Assembly (NCBI GenBank): GCA_002793915.1
Contig: PFEF01000003.1
Span: forward strand, 18,854-82,853
DNA: 64,000 nt
From: Candidatus Ryanbacteria bacterium CG10_big_fil_rev_8_21_14_0_10_43_42
Lineage (GTDB): Bacteria > Patescibacteriota > Minisyncoccia > Ryanbacterales > 2-02-FULL-48-12
Direction: 5' to 3'
Shown: piece by piece, positions 36,954 through 47,840 of the stretch
Position numbering within the stretch: the stretch's first letter is position 1
Layout: every line of letters begins with the position of its first letter
Translations under genes and position numbers: made by a program
Notes under the pieces: model-generated
Databases searched by the model: none
What the model saw: only the letters and a program-made list of their open reading frames with translations
Told to the model about the DNA's origin: nothing

Positions 36954-39491
36954 CTATAAAACAAAATTAATCAGCTTGTCCGGCACAAAAATTACTTTCC
37001 GTATCGTACCGGCATCCAAGAAACCCATTACGCGCTTTTCCTGGCGGACAAGTATTTCTGCCTCTTCTCGCGTACTCCCACGGGGCATTTCTATTGTGGC
37101 ACGTACACGCCCGTTTACCTGCACAACCAGGTTATAGGTTTCTTCCATAAGATATTTCTCATCATAAGCGGGCCACGTGGCTACATGAATACTTTTTTTC
37201 TCTCCGAGCATATGCCATAGTTCTTCCGTCATGTGAGGCGCGAACGGCGCTGTAAGCTTAAGCAGTATTTTTACATCAGATGCCGTTACATTATTCTTAC
37301 CCGCCTCAAACGCATTAAGTAAAATCATACATGCGCTAATTGCCGTGTTATATCTTAAATTGGCAATATCATCCGTAACTTTTTTTATAGCGGCGTGGGT
37401 ATCTTTTTCAAAAACACTCTTTTTTCCGGAATGCACATTATGCGAAAGTCGCCATATTCTTTCCAAAAAACGTGTAATCCCCAAAATACCCGTATCTTGA
37501 AAATCTCCCCCTTCCGCAAAAGGACCTAAAAACATAAGATACATGCGAAGAGCGTCCGCTCCGCATTTTTTTATATAATCATCCGGATTAACAACATTAC
37601 CCTTCGATTTAGACATCTTAGATCCTCCCTTAATAAGAAGTCCGTGAGCACGAAATTTCTGAAATGGCTCTTCAAACGTGATCATACCTCCGTCATAGAG
37701 AGCCATGGCAAAAAACCGCACATACAACAAATGTAGTACCGCGTGCTCCGCACCTCCTATATACATATCAACGGGAAACCATTTCTTTGTTATACCCTCA
37801 TGCCACGGCCTTTTTTTCTCCGTTTGTGAAGGATAACGCATATAATACCAGGCGGAATCGAGAAACGTATCCGATACATCCGTTTCCCGCCGCGCCATTT
37901 TTTTGCATTTTGGACATACAACCTCGTAAAATGATTTTACTGATGCAAGAGGAGATGTGTCATTTCCGGTGGGACGGAAATTTTTTATATTGGGAAGCAT
38001 AACCGGCAAGTCATTATTAGGCACCGTATACCATCCCGGCATATCCTTTCTTTCTCCCGCACCCTTTTCTTTGCATGACACGCAAAAAATCATAGGAATG
38101 GGCGGTCCCCAATATCTCTGTCGGGAAATGAGCCAATCACGTAAACGATATGTTATTTTTTTCTTTCCCTCTACGGCCTTGATAATTTTTGTTCTTGCCT
38201 CTAATGAATCCATCCCATCGTATGGACCGGAATTAACAAGCCGTCCATGGCCTACATATGCCTCATCATCATCCACAATACTTTTTCGAAGACGAACCGC
38301 CATGTCATCCGCAGTATCGGCATGTGCATCCGGTTCCACCACCGGAACAATATTAAGCCAATATTTTTTTGCAAAGGCAAAATCGCGCGTATCATGCGCC
38401 GGCACCGCCATAATGGCACCTGTTCCCACATGCCCCAACACATAATCGGCAACCCATACGGGAATAGGTTCCTTGGTTGCCGGATTAATCGCCCGAACGC
38501 CCTCCAATTCCACGCCCGTCTTTTCTACTTTATCCCGCATGCGATCCTCTTCCGATTTTTTCTTAGCAACCTTGATATACTCTTTTACTTCTTCTTCATT
38601 GTTAATATCCAGTTCATTATTCATGAGCAAAGGATGCTCCGGACCTATCACTAAAAACGTAGCGCCGAAAATCGTATCCGCCCGCGTTGTATAAACCTCA
38701 ATTGAAAGTTGAGAATGGGAAATGGGAAACTGAATCAGCGCACCTTCTGATTTTCCAATCCAATTTTTTTGTGCAATCTTAACTTTTTCAGACCAATCAA
38801 TTGTATCAATACCGGAAAGAAGGCGCTCCGCATATTTCGTTATCTTAAAAAACCACTGCTCCAATTCCTTTTTAATGACAATGGTATCACACCGCTCACA
38901 CTCACCGGCAATAACCTGTTCATCAGCAAGCACTGTTTTGCACGACGGGCACCAATTTACCACAGCTTTTTTTCTATACGCGAGTCCTTTTTTGAACATA
39001 ACGGTAAAAAGCCACTGCGTCCATCGATAATAATCCGGATCATATGTTTCCAACCGTTCTTTCCAGGCAAAGCCGTTTCCAATCATTTCAAGCTGTTTAT
39101 AAAAACGCTTTTCCGAAATTTTCGCCTGTGTTATGGGATGTGTTCCCACCTTAAGCGCGTAATTTTCCGAATGAATACCAAAACCATCCAAACCAATTGG
39201 CTCAAACACATCATATCCCTGCATACGCTTAAACCGTCCGTATACATCCGCTCCGGTAAATGCATACATATTCCCGACATGTAATCCTTCTGCCGAAGGA
39301 TACGGGAACATCATCAAATTATAAAAAGGATTTTTTGCCGTTTTTAGATTTGGTTCATATATGCCGGATGATGCCCATTTCTTCTGCCATTTCTTTTCTG
39401 TACGCGCATGATTATATGCCACTACTCGCTTTACCGAAGACCGTTTTTTAAGAGTTTTTTTTGGCAAGGATTTTACGCTCTTTTTTGACAT
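36954..39491 (-). CDS. leuS: Leucine--tRNA ligase
   Basis: MFPYPSAEGLHVGN, GTGAIMAVPAHD editing motif, DWLISRQRYWG, KMSKS. Confidence 0.98.
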   Translation of the reverse strand: MSKKSVKSLPKKTLKKRSSVKRVVAYNHARTEKKWQKKWASSGIYEPNLKTAKNPFYNLMMFPYPSAEGLHVGNMYAFTGADVYGRFKRMQGYDVFEPIGLDGFGIHSENYALKVGTHPITQAKISEKRFYKQLEMIGNGFAWKERLETYDPDYYRWTQWLFTVMFKKGLAYRKKAVVNWCPSCKTVLADEQVIAGECERCDTIVIKKELEQWFFKITKYAERLLSGIDTIDWSEKVKIAQKNWIGKSEGALIQFPISHSQLSIEVYTTRADTIFGATFLVIGPEHPLLMNNELDINNEEEVKEYIKVAKKKSEEDRMRDKVEKTGVELEGVRAINPATKEPIPVWVADYVLGHVGTGAIMAVPAHDTRDFAFAKKYWLNIVPVVEPDAHADTADDMAVRLRKSIVDDDEAYVGHGRLVNSGPYDGMDSLEARTKIIKAVEGKKKITYRLRDWLISRQRYWGPPIPMIFCVSCKEKGAGERKDMPGWYTVPNNDLPVMLPNIKNFRPTGNDTSPLASVKSFYEVVCPKCKKMARRETDVSDTFLDSAWYYMRYPSQTEKKRPWHEGITKKWFPVDMYIGGAEHAVLHLLYVRFFAMALYDGGMITFEEPFQKFRAHGLLIKGGSKMSKSKGNVVNPDDYIKKCGADALRMYLMFLGPFAEGGDFQDTGILGITRFLERIWRLSHNVHSGKKSVFEKDTHAAIKKVTDDIANLRYNTAISACMILLNAFEAGKNNVTASDVKILLKLTAPFAPHMTEELWHMLGEKKSIHVATWPAYDEKYLMEETYNLVVQVNGRVRATIEMPRGSTREEAEILVRQEKRVMGFLDAGTIRKVIFVPDKLINFVL

Positions 39492-39589
39492 ATATCAACG
39501 GTACCCAAAAATAAGAGTTTTGGGTACTTGACTTTATATAATAAATATGGTTTTAATACATATCATATTAATTATTCAGGAGGTGTGTT

Positions 39590-39934
39590 ATGAAAATAAA
39601 ACTACTGGCGGTAGTTTTATCGTTGACAACGTGTTTCCTTTTTTCGCACGCTTATGCCGAAGGGAAAAACAGGGCTGAAGAAATTTCTCGGGTTATAATA
39701 CAGGTAAATGACCTTCAAAAAAAGAAGGATACGTTCATGAAAACAAGTCCTTCTTCTTCAGCTAAGGAGCTTGTTGCTGACATACACGAAAGAATGCTGA
39801 AGGCGAAAGATCTTACCCTAACGGCTTGTGCCAATGAAAAAACATATCATGAATGCACAAGTCGCCTAAGTACACTCGAAAGGCTCATAGCGCTGGAGAA
39901 GCGAATACTAGACGATCAGTCTCCGGCAATATAA
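39590..39934 (+). CDS. Small secreted helical hypothetical protein
   Basis: Signal peptide ending AYA, AGGAGG SD, terminator AGTCC-TTCG-GGACT plus T-run downstream. Confidence 0.72.
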   Translation: MKIKLLAVVLSLTTCFLFSHAYAEGKNRAEEISRVIIQVNDLQKKKDTFMKTSPSSSAKELVADIHERMLKAKDLTLTACANEKTYHECTSRLSTLERLIALEKRILDDQSPAI

Positions 39935-39982
39935 GCCGTTAACCTAAGTCCTTCGGGACTTTTTTAGTTGTAATATTTCGGA

Positions 39983-40840
39983 TTACATGCCAAACACCGT
40001 ACGGGTATTTCTTACAAGTTGTATAAACACATCTTCTTCGGGAAGCTCTTTTATCTCCGCAATACGGCGCGCGGTGTGCTCCACATATAACGGTTCATTG
40101 CGTTTTCCACGGTACGGCACGGGAGATACATATGGCGCATCGGTCTCTACCATGATCCGTTCAAGCGGCGTTTTTTTCACTACTTCATCGTAATCATGCG
40201 TAAAGGTAAGTACGCCCGTAAAAGAAAGGTGAAAATTTAAATCCAAAAATTGCCTTGCAACATTCCACGATCCCGCAAAAAAATGGACATCCCCGCCGAT
40301 TTCTTCTCCCCTTTCTTCCTTAAGTATGGCAATTAAATCTTCGTATGCATCTCGGCAATGGATCATAAGCGGTTTACCTACATCACGCGCAAGCCCCACC
40401 TGCGCCCGAAATACTTCCTTCTGCTTTTGTTTTAAATCTTCATCCATACTGTTCGATTCCTGATTTTTGCCTCTAAAATAATCAAGTCCGCATTCCCCGA
40501 TGGCTACCGTTTTTGGGTTCATGGCAATTTTTTTATAAGCATTATAGTCAAATTCTTCTACGCGCGATGTAAAGCCGGGCACGGCATCTCCCGCATCGAT
40601 CTCATTCTTATCAACATATGTTTCCGATAAATGAATGGGATGAAGCCCTACGGATGCATAAATTCCCTCTTCGTATTTAACCGCATATTCCACCGCGCGT
40701 TGCGAAGTGTCAATTTGTGAGCCCACTAAAATAGTCCAAACGCCTCCGTCCAACGTGCGCTTAATAACCTCATTGCCGTCGTTTTTATAGGCGTTAAAGT
40801 TTATATGAGAATGGATATCGATAAATCTTGGATTCGACAT
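39983..40840 (-). CDS. tatD: TatD-family DNase
   Basis: DIHSH, GLHP, AIGECGLDY, IHCRDA, VETDAPY. Confidence 0.95.
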   Translation of the reverse strand: MSNPRFIDIHSHINFNAYKNDGNEVIKRTLDGGVWTILVGSQIDTSQRAVEYAVKYEEGIYASVGLHPIHLSETYVDKNEIDAGDAVPGFTSRVEEFDYNAYKKIAMNPKTVAIGECGLDYFRGKNQESNSMDEDLKQKQKEVFRAQVGLARDVGKPLMIHCRDAYEDLIAILKEERGEEIGGDVHFFAGSWNVARQFLDLNFHLSFTGVLTFTHDYDEVVKKTPLERIMVETDAPYVSPVPYRGKRNEPLYVEHTARRIAEIKELPEEDVFIQLVRNTRTVFGM

Positions 40841-40849
40841 GCTGTGTTT

Positions 40850-42181
40850 TTACTGTTTCCCTTGTGCCACCCCCGTCCAGCGTGCCACGAGCGGCGTGAG
40901 TGGCGGCTCAATAATAAGCGTAAGTAAGATAACCCACATGCCGATAGCTATCACGAAATCAGACTGAATAGCACCGGCAGTGGATGCAATAATTAACAAC
41001 ACGGCGGCTATAATACCCGTTTCCCGAACGAAGCTAAGAAACAACAGATCTCCCACATAAAACACATTACTCCGAAACCATGGAATGAGAGATATAAAAA
41101 CAACTAAAGGACGTACTATGAACATAAAGAGAAGTGCTGAAATAATACCCAGGGGAGCCAAGTCGATAAGAATAGCAAACGGCACCAGGGCACCTAAAAT
41201 AATAAAGACAAAAGGTTTTACCAGATGATCAAGAAAATTCTCATAAAAATGGGATGCTTTTTCAGCTTCTCCGGATACGTCAGTAAGAAGTCCGCTTACA
41301 AATGCCGCAAGAAATCCCGCACCGCCCAAGCTATTTCCCACCACAAACGTAATTACGGGAACCGCCAACAAAAGAGCCGGGTCCCCTTCCCCCGTATCAC
41401 GGTAGAACTTTTTAAGAATACGGAACCCCGCATACCCTATAAAAATACCGGATATAATTTGAAGTGAAAGAGCATCATACGCCGCCTTATTAAGAAGAGG
41501 TGAAAATAAGGAAAACACGGTAGTACCCGCCGTAAGGGGTACAGATACAAATGCAATTAAAAGAAATCGCGTTAAAATACTCCCGCTAATGTCGGTAAGC
41601 GCGCTTTCCGCAATAGCGATTTGCTTTATGAATGCCCGCTTAAACCGAAGGACTTTTAACGTAGGGATAATGGCTGTCGGATCGGTGGATGAAAGCGCCG
41701 CTCCTAAAATAACAATGGAAGGAAGAAGAGCATGTTCGACATATCCAAAGGATGATACGAGAAAAAACAGAAGAAAAGAAAACCCAACGGCAGAAACTGC
41801 CACTCCGACAAGAGACAGTGATGCAATCGGAAAGAACCATTTACGAAAATTTTTAAATGGAATTTCCAATCCTCCCGCAAAAAGAACAATAGCGGCAAAT
41901 AACTCAACGGCAATCTGTAAGCTTGATGTCCCATTCGTAAACGGACTCAATAGCTGTTGCATGGCCATACCCGCACAAATTGCCCAAACAAACGACGGTA
42001 TTGCCGTTTCTGGAGCAATACGATTTACGATATAACTTACAAAAAGCGCAATACCGAGAACAAGCGCTTGAAACTCCGTACCATCCGTAATATGAGAATC
42101 TCCACCAAGTAAAATACCTGCTCCCCAAGAAAGAAGGGTAAGAAAGACGATGAGAGTAAGGTACGGAACAAAACGCTTCAT
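40850..42181 (-). CDS. Cation:proton antiporter (CPA1/NhaP-like)
   Basis: About 12 TM helices, LFAGGL, GAALSSTDP, ESALTD. Confidence 0.85.
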   Translation of the reverse strand: MKRFVPYLTLIVFLTLLSWGAGILLGGDSHITDGTEFQALVLGIALFVSYIVNRIAPETAIPSFVWAICAGMAMQQLLSPFTNGTSSLQIAVELFAAIVLFAGGLEIPFKNFRKWFFPIASLSLVGVAVSAVGFSFLLFFLVSSFGYVEHALLPSIVILGAALSSTDPTAIIPTLKVLRFKRAFIKQIAIAESALTDISGSILTRFLLIAFVSVPLTAGTTVFSLFSPLLNKAAYDALSLQIISGIFIGYAGFRILKKFYRDTGEGDPALLLAVPVITFVVGNSLGGAGFLAAFVSGLLTDVSGEAEKASHFYENFLDHLVKPFVFIILGALVPFAILIDLAPLGIISALLFMFIVRPLVVFISLIPWFRSNVFYVGDLLFLSFVRETGIIAAVLLIIASTAGAIQSDFVIAIGMWVILLTLIIEPPLTPLVARWTGVAQGKQ

Positions 42182-42214
42182 AAATTAACGTAAATGCCTG
42201 TTATGAGACATATA

Positions 42215-43783
42215 TTATCCGATACGAGGGAACATCTGTTCCCGTTCCTTGATTGTATACTCATTTTGATCTGAAGGAATGCCTTCCTTATCCACACCAA
42301 GCATGGCACGGATAGACGCGCTCGTTTGCGGCATAAATGGAAGTAATGCATATGCCACCGTATCAATACCTCTAAGAAGCTGCCATAATACCACCTGTGT
42401 TTTTTCCTTGTCCGTCTTAATAAGCTTAAACGGTTCGTATGTTTGAATATATTTATCCATCATATGAATGATCCCCCAAACGATGTTCATCGCCTCGTTA
42501 AGACGATATGTTTGCATGTGTTCATGATACAATGGCAGTATACTGCGCTCCACCTCGTACAATAAACTTGTTCCTTCCACCGAAAGATGCTCTCCCTTTG
42601 CATGAATAAACGCAATATCAGAAACAAGAGGTGCTGTAGTAAGAAGATCATCTGCCGGCTTTGCGAGATATCCTTCAAAATACGCTTCAACCATCTTTGT
42701 AACACGACTCACCACATTCCCCAGCCCGTTTGCCAAATGAGCATTATATGCTTCCGTAAAACGATCTTCCGTAAAATCACCATCTTCAAATGTGGGAATT
42801 TCCCGCAACAAAAAATACCGGAGCGAATCAACGCCATACTTATCGATGAACGAAAAGGGATCTATGACGTTCCCCAAAGACTTGGACATTTTTTTTCCTC
42901 CCGAATTAATAAACCCATGCGCCATTACACGCTTCGGAAGCGCAATGCCCGCGGACAAAAGCATACCCGGCCATATAAGTGCGTGAAAGCGCAGAATATC
43001 TTTTCCGATTACATGCATGTCGCACGGCCAATACGTTTCGAGTTGTTTCGTATTGTTTTCGCCAAATCCCAGAGCGGTTATGTAATTTGAAAGCGCATCA
43101 CACCACACATACATTGTTTGCGTATTATCTCCCGGCACCGGCACTCCCCATGATATGTCTTTGGCAGGACGCGAAAAACTTACATCTTCAAGTCCTTCAT
43201 TTAAAAAGGTGAGCATTTCATTTTTACGAAAACTCGGTATAATTTCAAGCTCCCCCGATTTGATACGTTTTTTTATTTCTCCGGTATACCGAGAAAGCCG
43301 AAAAAAATAATTTTCTTCCTCCACATCTTCGGGCTCCTTTCCATGATCCTGACACACACCATCCACTAGATCTTTTTCCGTAATAAATGCCTCGTGTCCC
43401 ACACAATACAATCCCCGATAAGACGCCTTATATATATCTCCCGCCTTTTCAAGACGGCGCCATAATTCCTGTGCTCCTGGCCAATGACGCTCCTGATCGG
43501 ACGTACGGATATATGCCGTATGCGACGCATGCACCTTATCCGCCAATGCGGTAAATAAAGAAGCGTGCTCATCAACAAATTCTTTTGGAGACTTGCCAGC
43601 TGATTCCGCGGCACGGGCGATTTTTGCTCCATGTTCATCCGTTCCTGTAAGAAAAAAAACATCGTCCCCCTGAAGACGCCGGTAACGCGCGATTGTATCC
43701 GCCTGTAAAAGCTCCATTGCATATCCCACGTGCGGAGGTGCATTTACATATGCAATGGATGTTGTTATGTAAAATTTACTCAT
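42215..43783 (-). CDS. metG: Methionine--tRNA ligase
   Basis: YVNAPPHVGY, GTDEHG, YVWCDAL, GKDILRFH, KMSKS. Confidence 0.97.
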   Translation of the reverse strand: MSKFYITTSIAYVNAPPHVGYAMELLQADTIARYRRLQGDDVFFLTGTDEHGAKIARAAESAGKSPKEFVDEHASLFTALADKVHASHTAYIRTSDQERHWPGAQELWRRLEKAGDIYKASYRGLYCVGHEAFITEKDLVDGVCQDHGKEPEDVEEENYFFRLSRYTGEIKKRIKSGELEIIPSFRKNEMLTFLNEGLEDVSFSRPAKDISWGVPVPGDNTQTMYVWCDALSNYITALGFGENNTKQLETYWPCDMHVIGKDILRFHALIWPGMLLSAGIALPKRVMAHGFINSGGKKMSKSLGNVIDPFSFIDKYGVDSLRYFLLREIPTFEDGDFTEDRFTEAYNAHLANGLGNVVSRVTKMVEAYFEGYLAKPADDLLTTAPLVSDIAFIHAKGEHLSVEGTSLLYEVERSILPLYHEHMQTYRLNEAMNIVWGIIHMMDKYIQTYEPFKLIKTDKEKTQVVLWQLLRGIDTVAYALLPFMPQTSASIRAMLGVDKEGIPSDQNEYTIKEREQMFPRIG

Positions 43784-43833
43784 TATATTTTTAACGCTTT
43801 GTCGAAAAATATTTTTTATCGAGCGTATTTCCT

Positions 43834-44892
43834 CTAATTCTCAAATATATGCTTATCGCGAGCAACATCGTTAACGTACTCAACTATGGCGGCCGCTATA
43901 GGAACAGCAAGCACAAAACCCACCACTCCTCCCAATTTTCCTCCTATAAGAAGAGCAATAATAACCAAAAGCGGTGGTACTCCCACGGCTCTTCGCACTA
44001 CGAGAGGATAAATCAAATGATTTTCCATTTGCTGAACGATAACGTAAAGAACAATAACCCACAACCCCAAAATAGGTGCTTGTATGACGGCTAGCAAAAC
44101 GCTCGGGATAGCGGCCATAATAGGTCCGAAAATAGGAATAAGCTCAAATATTGCGGCAATGACCGCAAGCACAAGGGCATATTTTACTCCCAAAAGCGCG
44201 AGTCCGATATATACCAACACCCCCACCATCACGCCCAGTAAGAGTTGTCCCTGAAGCCACTTCCCTATTTTATGCTGTGATCTGCGCCATAAATCAATAA
44301 CGTACGCCTCATGTTCCTTTGGTGCAATAATTTTAAGCACATTAGCAATACCATTTTCCTGTACCGCAAAATAAAAAGATAACACAATAACAAGCACAAA
44401 AGAAAGAGCGCCTCCGAACAAAGAAGATCCTAATGAAGATGTCAGCGAGAAAAATGATCCGATATTCTCATTAACGAATGTATTTAAGTTATCAGTTACG
44501 CTTTCCGCCGGCACCGATATATATTCGGGCGCATACGAAAAAATAAAACTTGCCCGCCCACGCAATTCTTCCAGAGTATCTTCAAGGGATACCGGAAAAG
44601 CCAAAGAAAAATTCTGTACCTCGTTTACTAAAGGCGGCACAATAAGATAAAAGGCAAATGCGAGCAAGGATGCCGTAAGAAAATAAACAGCAAGAACCGC
44701 AAGTACCCGCGGAAAACGAAATCTGCTTATAAAGGAATGGATGCCCGGCTCAATAGCGGATGCAATAACAATAGATAAAAGCAAAATAACAACAATATCG
44801 CGCACAACATACAAAAGCGCCAATCCCAATAAAATAAGAACTGTCTTAAAAATAGTCCATGTGGACACTTCTATTAATTTTCGCTCAATCAT
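43834..44892 (-). CDS. AI-2E family (PerM-like) transporter
   Basis: ELIPIFGP, QQMENHLIYP, GFVLAVPIAA. Start moved to MIERK. Confidence 0.9.
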   Translation of the reverse strand: MIERKLIEVSTWTIFKTVLILLGLALLYVVRDIVVILLLSIVIASAIEPGIHSFISRFRFPRVLAVLAVYFLTASLLAFAFYLIVPPLVNEVQNFSLAFPVSLEDTLEELRGRASFIFSYAPEYISVPAESVTDNLNTFVNENIGSFFSLTSSLGSSLFGGALSFVLVIVLSFYFAVQENGIANVLKIIAPKEHEAYVIDLWRRSQHKIGKWLQGQLLLGVMVGVLVYIGLALLGVKYALVLAVIAAIFELIPIFGPIMAAIPSVLLAVIQAPILGLWVIVLYVIVQQMENHLIYPLVVRRAVGVPPLLVIIALLIGGKLGGVVGFVLAVPIAAAIVEYVNDVARDKHIFEN

Positions 44893-44947
44893 ATCGTAAG
44901 TATAGTAGAGAAAAGGAAAAGAAGAAAGTATTGCGGATATACGTAAA

Positions 44948-46213
44948 TTATGCCAGTAATTTCTCCATTCCTCGTACATCTGCATGCGGACCAATAAGTA
45001 CTGCATTCAAATTACGCGGGTGAAATATATGAGTGGCAACAGCATTAATATCCCGCTCCGTTACACGCTCGATGCGTGCCATAACCTCTTCCGGGGTTTG
45101 CACCCGCCCATAGAACAACTCTTGCTCGGCAAAGAACGATGCCACTTCATCGGATGACTCCAGGCTAATGGCAAAATGTCCGCGATAAAAATCTTTTGCA
45201 CGCCTAACCTCATCCGGCGTAACGCCTTCTTTTTCAGCCACACGAAAGGCATCCCTAATACGACGCACCACCTCTTTTGCTTTTTCATGGGGTACGCCCG
45301 CATACACGGAAACATATCCCGAATCGGTATAGGTTTGCGTGCCAGCACCAATAGTATAAGCAAGTCCCAATCGTTCACGGATGTCCATATATAGGCGCGA
45401 ACTTGCTTTTCCTCCTAAAATAGATGCCAGAAGAGATGTCGCATAACGTTCTTCATCATACATGCCATATGCCCGTGCGCCCACAATCATATGTGTTTGA
45501 TCCGTTTTTTTTCGCATAATTTGTACGGCCGGTGTTTTTTGTCCCTCACGTACGGGCTTTTTCTTTTTTGGCATTCCAGCGGGAAGAGACGAAAACGCTT
45601 TTTTTATCTGCTGTACAGCCGTATGCTCATCGATGTTTCCCGCCACAACCACAATAGCATTGGATCCCACATAGTAATTTTTTCTGTAATTCACAATATC
45701 TTTACGCACGAGAGAATTAAGTGACTCCTTCGTGCCGATAATATCCCATCCTGCCGGCTGATCACCATACAAAAGTCCCTCAAACAAATCATGAATATGT
45801 TGCCGCGGCGTATCGAGGTACATATTCATCTCCTGAAATATAACGCCCCGCTCCTTTTCTATTTCATCCGTATTAAACAAAGGTTCCAACAAAATATCGG
45901 AAACAATATCAAGTGCCAGCGGAAATTGCTTGGATGCGGTTTTTACCCAATACCCCGTCACTTCTTTTGACGTAAAAGCATTATGCTCCGCACCAACATC
46001 ATCCAGTACACGACTTATATCGCCCGGCTCGGGACGGGACACGGTGCCTTTAAAAAACAAATGCTCTAAAAAGTGAGAAACGCCATTAATGCGTTTTGCT
46101 TCATATTTCGATCCTGTGCCAAAAAGTACCAACAGAGTAAGACTTTTTGTATCCTTCATGGGAACCGTAATTACCCGAAGGCCATTTTTAAGAGTTGTTT
46201 TTGTATATTTCAT
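44948..46213 (-). CDS. M16-family zinc peptidase
   Basis: HFLEH inverted zinc motif, NAFTS, SSRLY..IRE..GLAY. Confidence 0.93.
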   Translation of the reverse strand: MKYTKTTLKNGLRVITVPMKDTKSLTLLVLFGTGSKYEAKRINGVSHFLEHLFFKGTVSRPEPGDISRVLDDVGAEHNAFTSKEVTGYWVKTASKQFPLALDIVSDILLEPLFNTDEIEKERGVIFQEMNMYLDTPRQHIHDLFEGLLYGDQPAGWDIIGTKESLNSLVRKDIVNYRKNYYVGSNAIVVVAGNIDEHTAVQQIKKAFSSLPAGMPKKKKPVREGQKTPAVQIMRKKTDQTHMIVGARAYGMYDEERYATSLLASILGGKASSRLYMDIRERLGLAYTIGAGTQTYTDSGYVSVYAGVPHEKAKEVVRRIRDAFRVAEKEGVTPDEVRRAKDFYRGHFAISLESSDEVASFFAEQELFYGRVQTPEEVMARIERVTERDINAVATHIFHPRNLNAVLIGPHADVRGMEKLLA

Positions 46214-46265
46214 TTCGTCATGCTACCATACATTGCCAATAAAAAAAGCGGCCGGGCCGCAGAGA

Positions 46266-46382
46266 TCACCCCCGTTTATACAACTTTCCGATAGTGACGT
46301 CATAACCGCAGTATCCGGAGATTCCAAATATTGCCGCAAGAAAAAGTAAGGGAATTACCGCCAGCCATTCGTATCCAGGCAT
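46266..46382 (-). CDS. 38-aa single-TM small protein (below the ORF-track cutoff)
   Basis: MPGYEWLAVIPLLFLAAIFGISGYCGYDVTIGKLYKRG, GAGG SD, GCGGC-CCG-GCCGC hairpin plus T-run after the stop. Confidence 0.55.
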   Translation of the reverse strand: MPGYEWLAVIPLLFLAAIFGISGYCGYDVTIGKLYKRG

Positions 46383-46484
46383 GGTAGACCTCTTGGCAAT
46401 TGGAAAACAAAGTTGTTATTTAAAAAAACAATCTCTCTTTTATCAGGTTACATAATACGGTTCAAAACTGCAACGAATACAAAA

Positions 46485-47795
46485 CTATCTTTCTCCCTGT
46501 ATTCCCTCCCTTATATATGCCGACAGTTCATCGATAGACACACGATCTTGTTCTCCCGTGTCACGATCCCGTACAGTAACGGTATCATTTTCAAGCGTAT
46601 CGAAATCCACTGTAATACACCAAGGAGTGCCAATTTCATCCTGCGCATAATAACGCTTCCCGATATTTCCTCGGTCATCCCATGCCACCGCATAATTCTC
46701 GCGAAGTAAATCGTATATATCCCGCGCCCTCCCCACAAGCTCCGCTCTATTCGCCATAAGAGGAAATACCGCCACCGTGTACGGTGCTATGATGGGTGGC
46801 AATTTCAAATACACGCGCTTTTTGCCATCAGCAGATTCGTCTTCCTGATATGCTTCCAGAAGAGCTACTAGCACTGAACGGTCAACTCCCCACGTCGGTT
46901 CAATAACATGCGGAAGAAATTCCTCCTGCGTTTCCGGATCACGATATTGCAGATTCTCGCCGGAATGCTTCTGATGAGTGGATAAATCAAAATCGCCACG
47001 ATACGCAAGTCCGTAAAGTTCTTTTTGTCCAAACGGAAATGCATATTCAAAATCTACTGTACGTTTTGAATAGTGCGCTCGTTCCCCGTCCGGAATTTCT
47101 ACTTCCGTTATATGATTAGGATTAACGCCTAATGCCGCAAGCCACGCACGCATCTCTTTAAGCCAATGCTCAAAATGCTGTTCCCATTCCTCCTCACGGA
47201 CAAAATATTCGATTTCCATTTGCTCAAACTCCCGTGTACGAAAAATAAAATTACCGGGCGTTATTTCATTTCGAAATGCCTTCCCAATCTGTGCAATACC
47301 AAACGGCACCCGCATACGCGTTGTATCCAAAACATTTTTAAAATTTACAAACATTGCCTGCGCCGTTTCGGGACGGAAAAACACCTCATTAGCTTTTTCT
47401 TCCGCCGGACCAAGAAACGTTTTAAGCATAAGATTAAATTGTTTTGCTTCCGTAAGTTCTCCTTTGCAATCCGGACACGTACCCGTATTCTCCAATTGAT
47501 CCGCCCGAAATCGATGATGGCATTTTTTGCATTCAACTAATGGATCAGTAAACTCTTCCAAGTGCCCGGATGCTTCCCATACTTTCGGGTTCATAATAAG
47601 CGCGGCATCCAATCCCACCATGTCGCTTCGCTTGTGTACAAACCTATTCCACCACAGTTGTTTAATATTATTTTTAAGCTCTACACCCAACGGACCGTAA
47701 TCCCATGAATTCGCAAGACCACCGTAAATATCCGATCCGGGAAAAATAAACCCGCGCCGTTTTGCCAAGCTAATAATAGTATCCATCTTATCCAT
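46485..47795 (-). CDS. glyQS: Glycine--tRNA ligase, homodimeric (alpha2) type
   Basis: WDYGPLG, RPETAQ, GKAFRNEITPGNFIFRTREFEQME, DEIGTP. Confidence 0.96.
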   Translation of the reverse strand: MDKMDTIISLAKRRGFIFPGSDIYGGLANSWDYGPLGVELKNNIKQLWWNRFVHKRSDMVGLDAALIMNPKVWEASGHLEEFTDPLVECKKCHHRFRADQLENTGTCPDCKGELTEAKQFNLMLKTFLGPAEEKANEVFFRPETAQAMFVNFKNVLDTTRMRVPFGIAQIGKAFRNEITPGNFIFRTREFEQMEIEYFVREEEWEQHFEHWLKEMRAWLAALGVNPNHITEVEIPDGERAHYSKRTVDFEYAFPFGQKELYGLAYRGDFDLSTHQKHSGENLQYRDPETQEEFLPHVIEPTWGVDRSVLVALLEAYQEDESADGKKRVYLKLPPIIAPYTVAVFPLMANRAELVGRARDIYDLLRENYAVAWDDRGNIGKRYYAQDEIGTPWCITVDFDTLENDTVTVRDRDTGEQDRVSIDELSAYIREGIQGER

Positions 47796-47840
47796 ACTTC
47801 AAATAGTTAACCTCTGCATCTAACATATGAGTTCCCTCAA

